Positions 1 through 24,000 are shown, numbered from the stretch's first letter. The stretch: 64,000 nt of DNA from Balanoglossus misakiensis (GCA_040954595.2 CM082579.2:10777625-10841624); one strand, 5' to 3'. The notes: generated from the sequence alone by a model not told the origin. Numbers and translations are program-made.

Positions 1-311
1 AAACAAACAATATTGTTGTGTGGTATGCATTCTATTTTCTGTGGGTGTGTAAACCCATATTTCCAACCACACTGAGCAAAGCATTAAGTAAAATCCTGGT
101 CATTATTACAATACATGTAAAATTGTTTGCAGGACTTATATGAAGAGATCGACTGTCATGAAAGAATTCAAATTATTTCCAGATACAAGATTAAAATGGT
201 GTCTATCGGACATGCTTTTACTCTTCATGATATTTTAGACTTGCTTAGTATAGTGAAAACCAGTGGAATTCAAAACTAATGTCTTGCGTATTTTTTTATT
301 TTATTTTGTAG

Positions 312-553
312 GTTGCGTAAAGGTGTACACGAAGAGTTCTCATCTGAAAGCGCATCAAAGGATTCATACTGGGGAGAAACCTTACAAGTGTTCTTGGAGC
401 GGTTGCCAATGGCGATTTGCAAGATCCGACGAGTTGACCAGACATTATCGCAAACATACCGGAGCTAAGCCTTTTAAGTGCAAGGTTTGCGAACGAAGCT
501 TTTCTCGTTCTGATCACCTCTCACTTCACATGAAACGTCACCAAGATAAATAG
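312..553 (+). CDS. KLF5: Kruppel-like factor, KLF5-like; terminal coding exon with the three C2H2 fingers (upstream exons outside the window)
   Basis: Acceptor tttgtag at 311, phase 1. Encodes [25 protein letters not shown]...[21 protein letters not shown]...[17 protein letters not shown]. The intron inside the Gly codon before the second Cys of finger 1 and the HMKRHQ end resemble KLF5; KLF6/7 is not excluded. Confidence 0.85.
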
Positions 554-576
554 CAATGACAATTTTGGGGATTGAA

Positions 577-888
577 TTAAAGCAGGTATCTGTCGTCTCA
601 CACGCACGTTCCAACTGTAGCCGCTGGTTACAGACATTTAGTGAACAGTCAATCCCATAAGGCAGTGCTCTGTCCTAACAACAGACAAGATAGCGGCGAC
701 CATAATCTGTGTCGGAGATCGGGAAAAGACACCAGCTTGGGTGAAAAGGAGGGACAAAACCAGAATCTACTTATACGGTGTGCATGAAATATGGAAGGAA
801 GCGAAGGCAGTCCACTATTTGAATGCATCGAACGGAAAATTTGCTTGGAAGTTACGCGCATGCGCGTGAGACGAGCTACCCGCTTTAA
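577..888. mobile_element. TTAA-flanked MITE, family C (Kolobok-like), in the KLF5-like 3'UTR
   Basis: TTAA at both ends with imperfect TIRs; homologous to 22841-23189 and 41731-41985. Confidence 0.8.
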
Positions 889-3850
889 CTCATTCAAATG
901 ACCAACAGTGAAATGAAATTTCATTTTTTTGTACTTTTTTTTCCAAACATTTGTAATGACTGCATTGGAAGGAGTTTACACTGAAAACTTATTGATGATC
1001 AAACTATTCTCTGATGGAAGTTCACAAGTACATATCAAAATTTGTCTTTTTTTTCCTGAAAATTTTAAACTTACAGTGTTTCCTACTGAGGTCATTCCTG
1101 CTGCAACTTGTTCCATGCAAATGCAACTTCTATTTTTCACGAATTTCAATCATATTTTCTATGAATTTAATTTTTACTTTTTAAGTCTTAATTCTGCTAC
1201 AAAGCAAAGGTGCAATGGATTGGAACGACTATTCCACATCAGTACTTATACATAAACTGTTCAGGAATTAATGACAGAGCTTAAACTGCAAGAGTTTTTT
1301 TTTATTCACAGTCACATATTGTAGGATTTAGTGGAACTAGATCACACGGTAGTACAGTGTACCAGCAAAAAAAATAAATGCTTGTAAAGTAGATGACAAA
1401 TAGCCTATGTAGGCTAACACAAACAAATGTAGGCTTTAGTATTTAAATGAATTCACGACAGAAATGAATTGGACCGTTGACCAAATATGTCATTTCCCAG
1501 GCTTACTAATTAATAGGATTAAACTGTCCTTGACATTCCATAGCCTTAGTTACATGTTCACTTTTTATCTGGTAATCACTGTGTATTTATTACAGTAAAC
1601 ATTTGTTCTTGTCCATATTCTATGTACATTTTCAGTGTACTTATAAAGTGCATACTTACGGTAATAGTGCAAAAATATCTATTTATATAACAATTAGACA
1701 AAGTGAGAGGAGAGCAACTTTGCTATTTTTTCACAATTCAGAAGTTGCAGTTTTTAAAAAAAACTGGCACGTACACTTAACATTTGTACTGATTGACAAT
1801 TTGTACATTTTTGCAAATATTTTCAATAAAATTTTGGGAACAATAAGACGTCTTTGAGTAATTTTTTTTACTATGTTCTGAGTGGAACAATGTGATGGGC
1901 AGTTTAGCCGTGGTTACTGAAATCATAAATGGTGGCGATGAACCCCGTAAACTGAGAACAGTGTTGCAGCTAACAAGATGATAGCTTTGATGGCATGATG
2001 TCACATTATACTTGCAATTGGCTAAGTGTGGGGTCCTCAGTAAAGAACTTTCAAAAATGTTCTAAAGATTGATATCATGCTAACACACACACACACACAC
2101 ACACAGACAGTCAGACAGACATTAATATTGCATGAGACAATTTGATTAAAATCAGCTGTAGACAGGAAATGCTTTCAACTTAGCTGTGATCTATTTGCTG
2201 CTCAAGTTTCTCTTGCTGCCCCTTCTTCACGTTTGAATAAACAACAGTAGAAGGTCAATTATATAGAGCATTGCTAACTCCATATACCAAAGGTTCTGCA
2301 TGGTTTAATTGCATAAAATTGTAACAAGCAACTATTATTTGTTGAACGTATTTCTGAACAAACCAACAAGCAAGCAAACAAACAATGATCTTTATTGACA
2401 AATGTAAACACAAAACATGCTCTTCATTCTTTTTTCTATTATATAAAACATACATAACAAACAAACAAACAAACACACACACAGGATACAGAGCATCCTT
2501 TGGTTTGAGACCTCCCCCCCCCAAAAAAAAAAAAAAAAACACACACACCCACATGCCAACAGGAAGCATACCATTGCCTTTGCCTCAGTTTGTCAGTTTC
2601 TAAATATGCAAACTTGTTTTTGAAGAAATTATCTGTTTGTTAGTTAGTTCAGTTGTAATAGTATCTGAAATGTGACTGTGGTAGTTCCCAGTCATAATGG
2701 GCACACTTTCCCAATCTAACAACTTTCATACATACACCAAACCATTCTCTCCAGTTTGCCGAACAAAATAAGCCCATCACATCATTTCTGCAATAATACA
2801 AAATTTTGTTTTAATATATACATATTGGTTACAGTCTTAGTTGATTTGTAATATTACAAAGTGTTATATTGGATTAACAACTGCAGGACAACATCCCTAT
2901 TGAAAATTGGCAATCAAAAGCACATTGACATTTTAGATTTACGCATGTGTTTCTGAAAAACACGTCCCTTGATTTGTATTGAATTGGAAGCTATAATGTG
3001 TGTGCTCTATTTGACCACAGGATTTCTAAGAATAAACCTCTGGGTGTTTTGATGACCTAGCATCACTCAGTACACAAAAACATAACTTCACATATTGAAC
3101 ATATTAAGTAATTCTTCACCCAATATTTCCATATTTACATAATGACTATCACACTAAATGTAGAAATCTGTGTCCATCAAAACAAGTAACAATATCTAAT
3201 AATAACACTCTGTCTATCTGTTATTGATTTCATTTAAATGCATTTCACAATAAAGCACGATTCGAAAAATAAAATATTTGCTAATAAAAGTCCATGTGAC
3301 ACAATTTATAAACAATTGAGAAATTACACTATTAATTGATGAACCTGTCAAACTTAATCAATTTCACAAACATAAGAGCTACGTTGTTCTCAAAAATATG
3401 CCTTGTAACAAAATGTTAAGATAGTCCTTTCATGGAGTCACGAGAGAGCCAGCAACAAGATCAATTGAAAGTCAATGCAGAAAATATGCATGCACATCAT
3501 GCATACATTAGTGGTATTTATTTTCTATTATACTGTCATTTAATTTCACCAGTGTTCCTCAGTTATTCTTGCATTACTTGATACTTGACACATTTCTCAT
3601 TATCGGGGTGGGTGGGTGGTGGTGGTGGGGGGGGGGGGGGGTCAGGCAACATGCAATTGGAGGCTAGAAGATCAACTGCACTGCAATGCATCTTCCAGAA
3701 AGCAATATTTCATTGCTGCAGTTTGGTAACACCATCAGTTTCTTCCAAAATTTCTGGGAATTTGTTCAAACGACAAGCAGATTATCTTGCTTTGCTGATC
3801 AATGGTGAATGAAATCCTATATAAGATGCATTTTATGGTCTTCTGTCATC

Positions 3851-3944
3851 TTAACACTTTCACCACAATGGTTTTGCCCAATTTAATTCTTTTCAATGGC
3901 AAAGGTGGACTTCTATACAGGGAAATGGGGGGTGAAAGGGTTAA
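3851..3944. mobile_element. Tiny TTAA-flanked piggyBac-like MITE
   Basis: ttaa-CACTTTCACC ... GGTGAAAGGG-ttaa. Confidence 0.55.
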
Positions 3945-5090
3945 TCAAGTCAATTGAACTCACTATTACAAATATTTCAGTCTTACTTTCACTTTCTATC
4001 ACAAATACTGGCTACACCTTAAAACTGTAAGTTTACAGAGTATTTCCACAAGCCGGACTGCATGGGGTGGGGTCGGTGGGGGTAATAGCTAGTTAGCTAG
4101 ACTGCATCTTTAGGGAGGTAGATTTTCAAAAATGTGAACCTCCTTTTACATGTAAACCTGCCTCCACAAAACTTTGGTACAAATACATTGTATGGTTGCA
4201 TCTCTGCTGGAAAATCACTGTGGAAATCAATCAATCAAGGCATGTCTGTAATATGACTGAAAATATCTCTAAGAAAGCATTAGTCTGGAACTTCACACTG
4301 GAGCTTTATCACAAAACAATCAACAGCATATTTGATTGAATTTGAAATGGCATATAATGTGCATAATTACGTAGATCATAATAATGTAGTCCTTGTACTA
4401 TTAGTTGGAATGGAAATGGTTTATGGCTGTCTTTATATTCTGCCGGAGTAGTGTCACAGACATTTGATCTGAATTGCTACATTGATGTGTCATGTTCTAA
4501 TACTTCATCAGTGATATTTTGGTTTCATATGGATTGAATTCCAAATGCAAACCCAATCCACAAGAGAGTCTTTTACAGCATTATTCATATGTACATACAA
4601 CATCATGGCATGATGGGTGAATAAATCTGTGGGTGAACATTCCTAGAAATTTGCAAAGCAAAGTTTAAAGCGGGTGTCGGTCTCTGAAAAAATAAGACTT
4701 TCGACCAAATTGCCAAAAAGGACTATTGAGATTTGGACCATTTTTTTGTTCATTCATACTTTCTGTTCATTCAGCAAAGTGAATAACTCTAGGCATTGAC
4801 AAAGATGTCTAGCGTTATCAATTAAGTGCCCCTTTTATCAAGCCCATTTTAGTACAATAAAGCTACCAAGCTTTTTGTAATTATCTGGGTTAATTTTGTT
4901 TAATATTGCAAGTTGTTTATTATATATTGTTTCATTTGTTGGAAGATGTTGAAATGCCCGAGCTCTACTTACAGCCAAGTGTTTCATTAGAACTTCTCTA
5001 CACTCTACTTTGATGACAATTTTTTTTACAAAGTAATGAAAACATAGTAAACTTCACACAATATCAAAATAATCTAATGTCAAGAAACTT

Positions 5091-5436
5091 TTAAAGGGCG
5101 GTGATCGTCTTATGCGCACGTTGCATAATTTTGTGTGTACGAACATTACGTCCAATCAAAATGTTCTGCAAATTTTGCGTTCAACGCATTCAAATAGTGG
5201 ACTGTCTTCATTTCCTTCCATATTTCATGCGCACCGTGTAAGTAGACTTTACTTTTGTCCCTTCTTTTCACCCAATTTGCTGTCATTTCCCCAATGTCCA
5301 ACACAGACTATGGTCCCTGCCATCTTGTCAGTTGCTAGGACAGCACAATTCCTTAAGGCATTGACTGTATACAGTTTTTGTAACCAGAGTCTCTGGTTTG
5401 GCAATCAATGTGCATAAGATGATCGTCGCCCTCTAA
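5091..5436. mobile_element. MITE, family C-related subfamily
   Basis: Shares its core with family C; TIR agggcg..gatcgtcttatgc. Homologue in the opposite orientation at 46693-47031. Confidence 0.7.
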
Positions 5437-7413
5437 CTGTTAATTCTCACAAAGTGTACCAGGTGTAAAGTTCACAACAACAGATATCCTGAATATATCC
5501 ACAAATACAGTCAATAATAAGAGAAGTTATTCTACAACAGAAACATATCAACATCTACTTCAGTTGATGTATTGGAATAAATCCTACAGAGTTGTTTTCA
5601 TGTTTTATATTTTGTTACAAACCAGACAAACTGACCATTAAAAAGTATTTTTGGTAACAGGCAAACAATTTAAAAACTTTTATAACAAGTAACCCTCCTA
5701 TTTGAATAAGCACTTTCGAGACAATGGCAAGGTCATGTGAAGAGTACAAACCCCTCCAAAACTACAACACATTCTGATCCACTCTAGAAACATTCTCACT
5801 GTCTGATCAACCAAAAGAAGAATCATGATAAAACTACATTTCCTACTTATATCAAATATATGTGAAGACTGAATTTACAATGAACTTAATAGCAGCAAGA
5901 TTAATGAAGACATTTAGAGCTTTCCATAAAAACAAGAAACAAATCGAATACACACAGTGTATTTTCATTCTAGCTGCATTTTAAAAAAGTTATATTGGTA
6001 AGCAAACATTCCAATTTGCTTAGCATCACTTCAATTCTATAATGCATTTCTAAGCAGGAATTTGCATGTTTGTATTTCAGACTTATACTTAGAAATGTTT
6101 ATGTACACATGTGTTGGAAAATGATGTTACAATATGGACTTCTTGCAATTAATTTGCAAATAAAGGAACACACTTTTCTCTATACAGAAGCATTGTTGTT
6201 GGACAGAGGAAGGCCAGTTTTCGTGAAGTACAACCTGGATGGTCAACTTGGATGCAATTCACCTACGAAACATGCAATTGTACACTACTTTCTGAAATTG
6301 AAATAATGCAGAAAATGGAGATGTAGATACCATAGATTATTGCAAATAACGCTTACTATTGCAGTGGGATAAAAGATTACTGATACACTTCTAGGAGTAA
6401 AAAGTGACCAAATTCATGACAGTATAAGTGGTTTGGTCACGTCAAATTGAGTTCTCTCTTTTTGGAAGTAAGTAGGTCACTCAATTATGCTAAATCTTGA
6501 ACAAATAAGTATCTGATGAATCTTCAACAATACTGACAATATTCCAGTGTAACATTGCAAGTAAAAACAATTACGAACTGTACCAAAAGTGTTGAGCTTT
6601 TACAGATGCCTTTTTATGAACATTTCAACAGAATTCAAAATACACACTATGCTCTGCACACATGGAGAGATGTGATCCCCTTCAGAACAGAATGGAAGCT
6701 CCATACATACATTCAACGCTTTCGCATATGATGTATGTCCATTGGTCAACGCCACAGACTGGCTGGCTAATAGTTAAAATGAACATTGGTTTGAGTATTA
6801 TTGGCACGTCCTGCAATATGGACACCAGCAGCAACTACATGTACACATGTACAACATTATCAACTCTCAGTCATGAACATGAATGCATATTTTCAGCCCA
6901 ATATTACATACTATTTGATAGTCACATAGAAAATTATTGTCTACTTTACAAAAATAAAGGGCTCTGTCTGGCAATTACAACAATGTAAGGTTTCATGGAT
7001 GAGGTGAAAGCAAAACAAAAAAGTTTAAATATACTTTGATTATTTCATATGTCCTATTGAACGATTTCTATGACAAGGCCAATGACTATGTTCATGATGC
7101 AAGCACAACATACAGTTATATTTGGCTAATCTTCCCATAGACACTATAAAGGAGTTCATTCAATACTAACACATGCAATCATTTCTTGAATTCATTTCAG
7201 ACACTCTCTATGTATTTCGGTTATTAGATGGAGCTCTAAGTCAGCAATGAACTGACTGACAAGACAATTTGAATAGGTGAGGAGAGTTGACCAATCGCAA
7301 GTTTTTCCCTGATGAGAAACACCTCCTATGGACACAAGACATTAGGGTGTGTGACTTCTACAGGGAACACACCAAGTCAGGAAAAGTCTACATTTTAAAA
7401 TATATGGTTTGAG

Positions 7414-7767
7414 TTAAAGGGACAAAGTCTCTCTCTCGTTGCCCATTTTCCATTAATTACGTTTGATACAAGACACCGTTTATGTGAATGTACATGTGTA
7501 TATGTAGTGAATGAACATTCAACCACACACAACTTCCATCCCGTTCGTAGGATATGAGAGTAAAAACGTGCCCAAAATGAATAAATGGTAGAGACCGATT
7601 ATTCATTTTGGCGAGTTTTTCACTCTCTAACTACAAGTTGGGTGGAAGGTGTGTGTGGTTGAACATTGATTCACTATATATCCACATGTAGAATAACATA
7701 AGTGGTGTCTTGTATCAAACATAATTAATGGAAAAGGGGCAGCGAGAGAGAGACTTTGTCCCTTTAA
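7414..7767. mobile_element. TTAA-flanked, nearly palindromic MITE, family A (Kolobok-like)
   Basis: ttaa-AGGGACAAAGTCTCTCTCTCG ... CGAGAGAGAGACTTTGTCCCT-ttaa, with long TIRs. Confidence 0.88.
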
Positions 7768-8588
7768 ATTGGCTTTAACAACAGCACAGAAAGATTAATA
7801 AAACTCCCCAGCTTACAATCAATGTAAGGCAAGCGGCAACACATGTTGTAAAATCAGGGTGGATTGATGTCTGGACAAATACAGTGCCACAGGCACCAGG
7901 GTATGTAACACCATGATCCTAAAACTACTGCTGACGGTGGTCAGTTACATGCATGCTAAAAGCAGCCAATGGAAACACTTTTCTTACTTGATTTTTAAAA
8001 ACACATCATGTAAAAATAGCATGAGGGACTATATGCTCTTATTTGATCAAAATCGGTACAATCAAGTGTACAATATACTGTTATCAGTAATATCTGCCTG
8101 CTGACATTGAATACCAATGTGTCGTGTGCAGCAATTCTTAAACGTTTGCAGTACATGGACAGACAGATGTAAATTAGACAGACAGACAGACTGACAGAAA
8201 GACATTACAGACAAAATATGGTGGGGGGCACCATGTGATCACATAAGCTCTAATTTGCCATACATAAACACACAAGACGGGTGACTGTTCTTCTTTACAG
8301 ATTGAATTCCTCGTCCACGATCAACACATCTAGTCTACTATCGGACCTTGCAGAGGACAGGGGATGAGACTGCAGGTTACAGCAATCTGTCAAACAGTGG
8401 AGACATCGTGCTGCAGGTATATGAACACAGTACGCCACCCACTGGATTGAGTCACACATGGACTATGTTGTCACACTCCCTGTGCACACCAACTACTGAC
8501 ATAAAAACTTTCTCAAAAAAAGTACTCTCGTTTGGAAATGAATACGGAGCGCCACAGTCTCTGACATCAATGCACTGCACCAAATCAA

Positions 8589-17939
<9,351 letters not shown>

Positions 17940-18796
17940 CTTGGAGGACGTCACAGCCACACCCTTCTCATCCGGGTATTTTTGAGCCCCCAAAACAAGG
18001 TTAGTTGAGGTCAAGCACTCATGGTGCCCCGCCTAGTTCCACGCCTCCTGGCCTCCGTAGTATAAAAAATCGTTTTGTTTCCAGCAAGCAAAGATTGAAG
18101 CGGGTTGAAATTTGTACTTCCCTAATTTCCACGCAATTTAATTAGCATAACTAGACCATAGTTTGTATATATTTTTATTACTGATTTAATTGATTTGTCT
18201 TTAGTTCTTTTTGAAAGACAAAACGCAGCGAAGTTCTTTTTTATGCGCTTTCACGATTTAGTCTTTTTTCATCAAATGTCTGACTGAAAGTTCAAAATGT
18301 AAGATCGGCAATCATTATGTACTGTCCCTGTGCAACAATAGTATCACCGGGTCCCCAAAACTATTGGTTTGCTCACGTGGTTTGCTTGGTGGATACGCCC
18401 ATATATCTCACCACCAGATATCGACATCGGATTCTCTGCGCATGCCCAGAAATAATTTGGAGAAAACATCAGCACTGAACGAATCCAAACTCATGTGCTG
18501 GTTTATGTCGAAAGATAGGATTTGTGTTTCGGAGCATTAAGCAGTCCATTCGCTATTCAAAGGACAGGACACGAAGACCGAAGTTTAAAGATTGTGAAAT
18601 AAAATCGACGAGGACGAGGTGACTGGTCCCTGCACCGTGCGTGACTGTGGACAATCCATCGTGCATATCACATCGCAGCGCAAGTCTTGTGTTTACATGA
18701 TATGACTACCGTACATAGCATGACTTGCAGTTAGTCGTCATACCAAAAATAAGCGATCAACGAACATTTTGGTATTAACCAAAGTAAAAAGTACAA

Positions 18797-19741
18797 ATGT
18801 CTGTCGTCAGAGGACGAAATTGGTGGGTGATCGCTGGACTGCTAGCATTCACGGGAGGCACACTTTATCCGATTATAATTTCCCCTATGAGAAATCCAAG
18901 CCAATGGCGTAAGTACTGTCCAATGCATCCTTTACTAACTTTGCTTACATGTACGTAAATGTGGGTTGTTGGTATGTTGCTGCGGATCTGTTGAGGTATT
19001 TGTGTGAATGGTATTTTTGGACTTTTAGTCGCAGCATGTTGTTGTACAGTCACATGTGTCTATCGTTGTGCGCATGCGCTAGAAATACACCTGAGCAGCA
19101 CTTCTGAACCAAATTCACAATAAAAGGCAAAATACAGACAGCTGAATGTGTCTGTCATTCATGTGCCCAATTGTAACTTTTTCAGTGCATCATAATCATG
19201 TATGTCAACAGTTTTTGTTTGTTTGTTTTTTAATGCAGAGGATATTCAAAAAGAAACAAGAAAAGATGTTAAGCAAGAAGATATTCAACCAGGAGGTAAG
19301 TACAACATGTAATGGATTGTAGTAAAAAATTTGAAGGCTGCCCAGTTTAAGTTTACTGACTGTACATTACACTGGCCATCCATCTGTCTATCCGCAAAGC
19401 CATACTCAGATATGCCTTTTGCCAAATCCATTCAAACTTGTTGAATAATAGACAGCTAGTGGACTGCGATGAATATATGCAATTCTATTGATTGGGCAGC
19501 TATATTTTTTTTTCAATTTTTTATGTCCAGAGCCATCGTTATGTCGTCTCATGTTATGTAACATCACTATGTTGTTATAGTCATTGCTTTGTGGCATTTC
19601 TTTATCTGAAGATTTTGTCCAATTTGTTTCTGTCTGAAATTGTTCATTGAAATTGAAATAATCATTCATTGTTTTTCTTCAACTTTTCCATTTGTAGGTA
19701 TGAAAGTCTGGTCAGATCCGTTTGACCGAAGGAAGGAATGA
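18797..19741 (+). CDS. SMIM20: Small integral membrane protein 20 (MITRAC7 / phoenixin precursor), 3 exons, 70 aa
   Basis: Exons 18797-18908, 19239-19295 and 19698-19741 give MSVVRGRNWWVIAGLLAFTGGTLYPIIISPMRNPSQWQDIQKETRKDVKQEDIQPGGMKVWSDPFDRRKE*. This matches the SMIM20 pattern: TM helix-YPI, then QEDVQPPGLKVWSDPF. Confidence 0.93.
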
Positions 19742-21037
19742 TGGTGACTGATGGCCATTATGGAATCAAATCTGATAATTGGAACTGAAAACCCTCCGAA
19801 TTCACTGAGAGCAAGTGGATTGTGTATGAACAGAGAACTGTATGCAGCATAGCCCTTTCTTTCTTATTTTGGTTCCGACTGGACCATTCAATAGGCCATA
19901 TAACCAAGGTGCTCTAGTGAAAGGGAAAGATTGACTTTGTCAAATGGGTGATAACAATTCAGTTTTCAGTTTCAAATGTGTCCTACAAGAGACCAACAAT
20001 TGTAAAGTGTGGTGGATTGCATTTTTTGTAAAGTTCAAAATATCATTAAAAGAAATACTTGTGTACATTTTCTTGTTTTGTGTAGTGGTAAATACTTACA
20101 GAGGCACTGGAAGACAGGTAGGGATCTCGTGCTGATGTGTTTACACAAATGGAACTTTTTTCGGATAGCAACATGTGTAGCAATGAGAATGAAAATAGTT
20201 CAGAAATGCATGATGATGGCAGAAAAAAAAATTGTATCAGTACTTCGTCCGTTAAGAGCACACAAATAAGAATAGTTGAATGTACATCTTTTATTCGTAT
20301 AACATATAATGCAACAATATTATGGAAACCACATTTTATATAATAAAGTAAAATCCAGCAAAAGGTAAAAAACTTGAATATCATCGACCATTCACACAAG
20401 TGCAACAAGTAATTTTACACAATGCACAATATCTACTGAAATCTGTGTCTCACAAATTGGGACATGATGCAACATGATACATTCACGTACACACAAAGCA
20501 AACTACAAGGAAAGATTGAGCCATAAGGTGCATCTAGTTCTCAATGATTGAGTGAGGTTATTTGCCACGAGCTGATAACTGACTACAATGGATATGCTTC
20601 GCCATATTTTTACAGTGATACACTGTGACAACTGTCATTTGACAGTGTATAAAGCATGGTCTGAGTTTAGATAAAAACAATTTGTAAGATTACAAGTACC
20701 ATCAGTTTGTGCATGCCCATTGGAAAAGTAAACAATATCTGCTAATTTCAAGGCCATCTAAATGTGTATTTGTGTCATAAACCAAAAAAAATTCTTGTTA
20801 TAGTGAATATTTTGCTGAAATCATTTATATACAAATCTTATTTAATTATTATTATTAATATAAATACTCTTCCTGTTAGTGAGGACTTTGGCATTATTTT
20901 GATGAAAATTGAATGCACTGTTATGAGATAGCTGAAAGTTATCAGTAAATGTTAAAAAACACATCAAAGTAAATGGTGACATCATATCCAGTCACAGGTT
21001 CTCCAACAGAGAGGAAGCTCACTTGATCATATATCCT

Positions 21038-24000
21038 TTACGCCACTGAACATGTAGACTCCTTCTGTTGATTTTGCTGAGGGGGAAATAAATAGAATGA
21101 ATTGATTGTTAGATATCAACATTGCGGTGCAGTGGAATGGACTAATGTACAATAACCAAGATAAAACATATTGCGGTTTTAAGTTTGTTAATCATTGATT
21201 TATTTATTCATTCAGATAGACAAATGGACAGACAGATAGACATACCCAGTACTGCATCCATTTACAAAAAAAAGTTTTTCTTCTTCAATTTTTAGCAAAA
21301 ACGGGCAATTTGTGGTTTTAGATTGAATGTTTAATCTTAAAAATTTACACGCTATTTCGGCTCTCGCGTATTTCCAAAAATTTATTGCTCGCGAAAATAA
21401 AGTGTTTTACAGTATTACCTGTCTCTGCCGCTGTCTTTGCCGTCTCTCTTCTTCTTCACTTTCTGCAATGGCTTGAGCTAAAGCTAAATCTTCTTGTTCT
21501 TGGAGAGTTAGGCTGAAACAATGTTACAATGCAATGACAATCAATTAATGCACTCCATTATGTTCTCGGTATATAATTGAAATAGCATTGTAAAACAAGT
21601 TCTTGTCAAATGACACAGTCTCAGCTGGATGAACAGGAAAAGAAATCACTGGAGAAAGTCATGGTGAAATGAAAACACCCAAGTCTACAAAACAAACGGT
21701 CTACAAAATAATTCTAAACCCAATACTGTAGTGGGGCATATTGTGAGAGGAATTAAAATTTGTCAGATAGATATACAAATGTGTGTTTTGTTGAATCAAA
21801 ACTGTGAGTCCATATTTGCAAACATTACACCAAGCAACTTTCATCAAATTCAGTAAGAACCATAATAATATAAATCTCAAGGTTTCGTCTCAAACTATCG
21901 CACGGTCTTACCTTTGTGGTGGTGATGATGTTGGTTTTTGTGTTTGGCTATCCGGCTGTGAATCGGCTAAAGACATCTGCAGAGCTCTTGACATTGCTTC
22001 ATCTTCCGACTATTAGAGAAACAAAGACAGAATATCGTAAAAATTGGAAATTGCAGATGGAGTACGTAGATTTTATTGCCACACTAACCCCTTGTGCAGC
22101 TAAAGATTTTGCCACTTAACAGCCTTTTTTCCATCTTGACAATATCGAATCTACTAATATTTCTTACCTAGGCCTGACAAATACACATTGAAATGAACCC
22201 CCAAGGAGGCTGTTACAGAAAGCTTACCATTCCCGCTTGTAAAGTGAATGCTGAGTTCACTGGTTGACTCCGCCCTCCTCTATCTCTGCTTCCTCTGGAA
22301 ACAAATGTGAAGAAACAGCCACTTGAAAAACATGATCTAACAGGCCATGAGATGGCATCACTTATTCAAGGCAGGCTAATGCATTTGAAATACCAGATGA
22401 ATTCAAAGTAAACTGTGCATGTACATGGGCTATCATTTACATTAAGTTTAGACTGTTTGTAGCGTTGAATTATGTACGGTCGGTGTCATATCAACAAACC
22501 ACCAGGATGTCATGAAAGTGGTTTTTGACACACTTACCTGTGATCATTGAATAAAGTAGTCTGCTTTGGTTCTGGTTTCCGTATATCTCTTGCCTTGTGT
22601 TGTTGTGCCTTACTGTTACTGCTCTCTGCTCTTTTCACTGCTGATGCTCTGCATTGAAAAGCCAATTATATTATATCAGTGCAACAATGTTACAAATACA
22701 CTTTCGAGAATAGTTATATTGCCCCCAGAATATAGTAAATATTTTAAACTTTGATAAGCACAGAAAAGTCTAGACAAACTTGAAAACTTCCTAACACCAA
22801 CAGGGTTGCCAGCTGAAATGTGTAAAATGAATTTGTTTGTTTAAAGCACCTAGCTCGTCTCACACGCATGCGCGTAACTTCCCTTCACGACAGTTTTCCC
22901 TGTGTATAGCCAGAAAATGTTCAGCAAATTTTCCGTTCGATGCATTCAAATAGTGGACTGCCTTCGCTTCCTTCCATATTTCATGCGTACCGTATAAGTA
23001 GATTCGGGTTTTGTCCGTCCTTTTCACCCAAGCTGGTGTCTTTTCACGATCTCCGACACAGAGTATGGTCGCCGCCATCTTCTCTGTTGTTAGGACAGAG
23101 CACTGCCTTATGGGATTGGCTGTTCACTAAACGTCTGTAACCAGCGGCTACAGTTGGAACATGCGTGTGAGATGAGCTGGGCGCTTTAAAGAAAATGTGA
23201 TTTGGAATACTAAAAAGCTACCTTACCCTGCCAAGGAAATGGACCGACCACTGCAACAAATAAGACAAACAAGTCATTGTTACATATGTGCACATGATAC
23301 ATATCAGTAACAGTTGGATTACAATTCATGTAGATGTACATCAATCAATCATACAGGTTACACTGTGTGCCCATTTGATCAGAATTGATACATTAACCCT
23401 TATGCTACTGGGCGTCATATCTGTTTAGAGTCTCAAGTCCCTTAAAATACGTATTTGCCACTTTTTCTTCTAAAACGTATTTTGACTGTCTTGACATGGC
23501 TCTCATACGTACTTAGACACACTTGGCAGTTTGAGCCCCCCGAAAAATGTACCAAATCGTACTGGTTTGTACTGATTTGGTTTGAGGGTCTTGTATGGGC
23601 CCTACTGATTAACACACACTTGGCAGCCTAACGGGCCTGGGAGCCCGGATTCTAGGCACCCTGAAAATCAAACCAGTTCATACTGACTTGGCAGCGTTAG
23701 GGTTAAAGCTCCATTAGCTGTATCTTTTCACTATTTGCTTTGTGTATCTGGTGCAGTTTCATGTTCAAATTCCTGAACGAAAGATTGACTGACTGACTGA
23801 CTGACTGACCGACCGACCGACCAATCAATCTGTTTATTAATTTGAATATTCTACTCCCTACAATGTACCTCACAAGTTCACTCACCTGCCTTGAAAACCT
23901 TTGCACTGATGATCTGTTTGGTGGCGATGTTTTAGACAGAAATTTAAACGACAATTTCCACACACCACAGGTACAAGCTGAAATAAAAACATGAGTTTTA

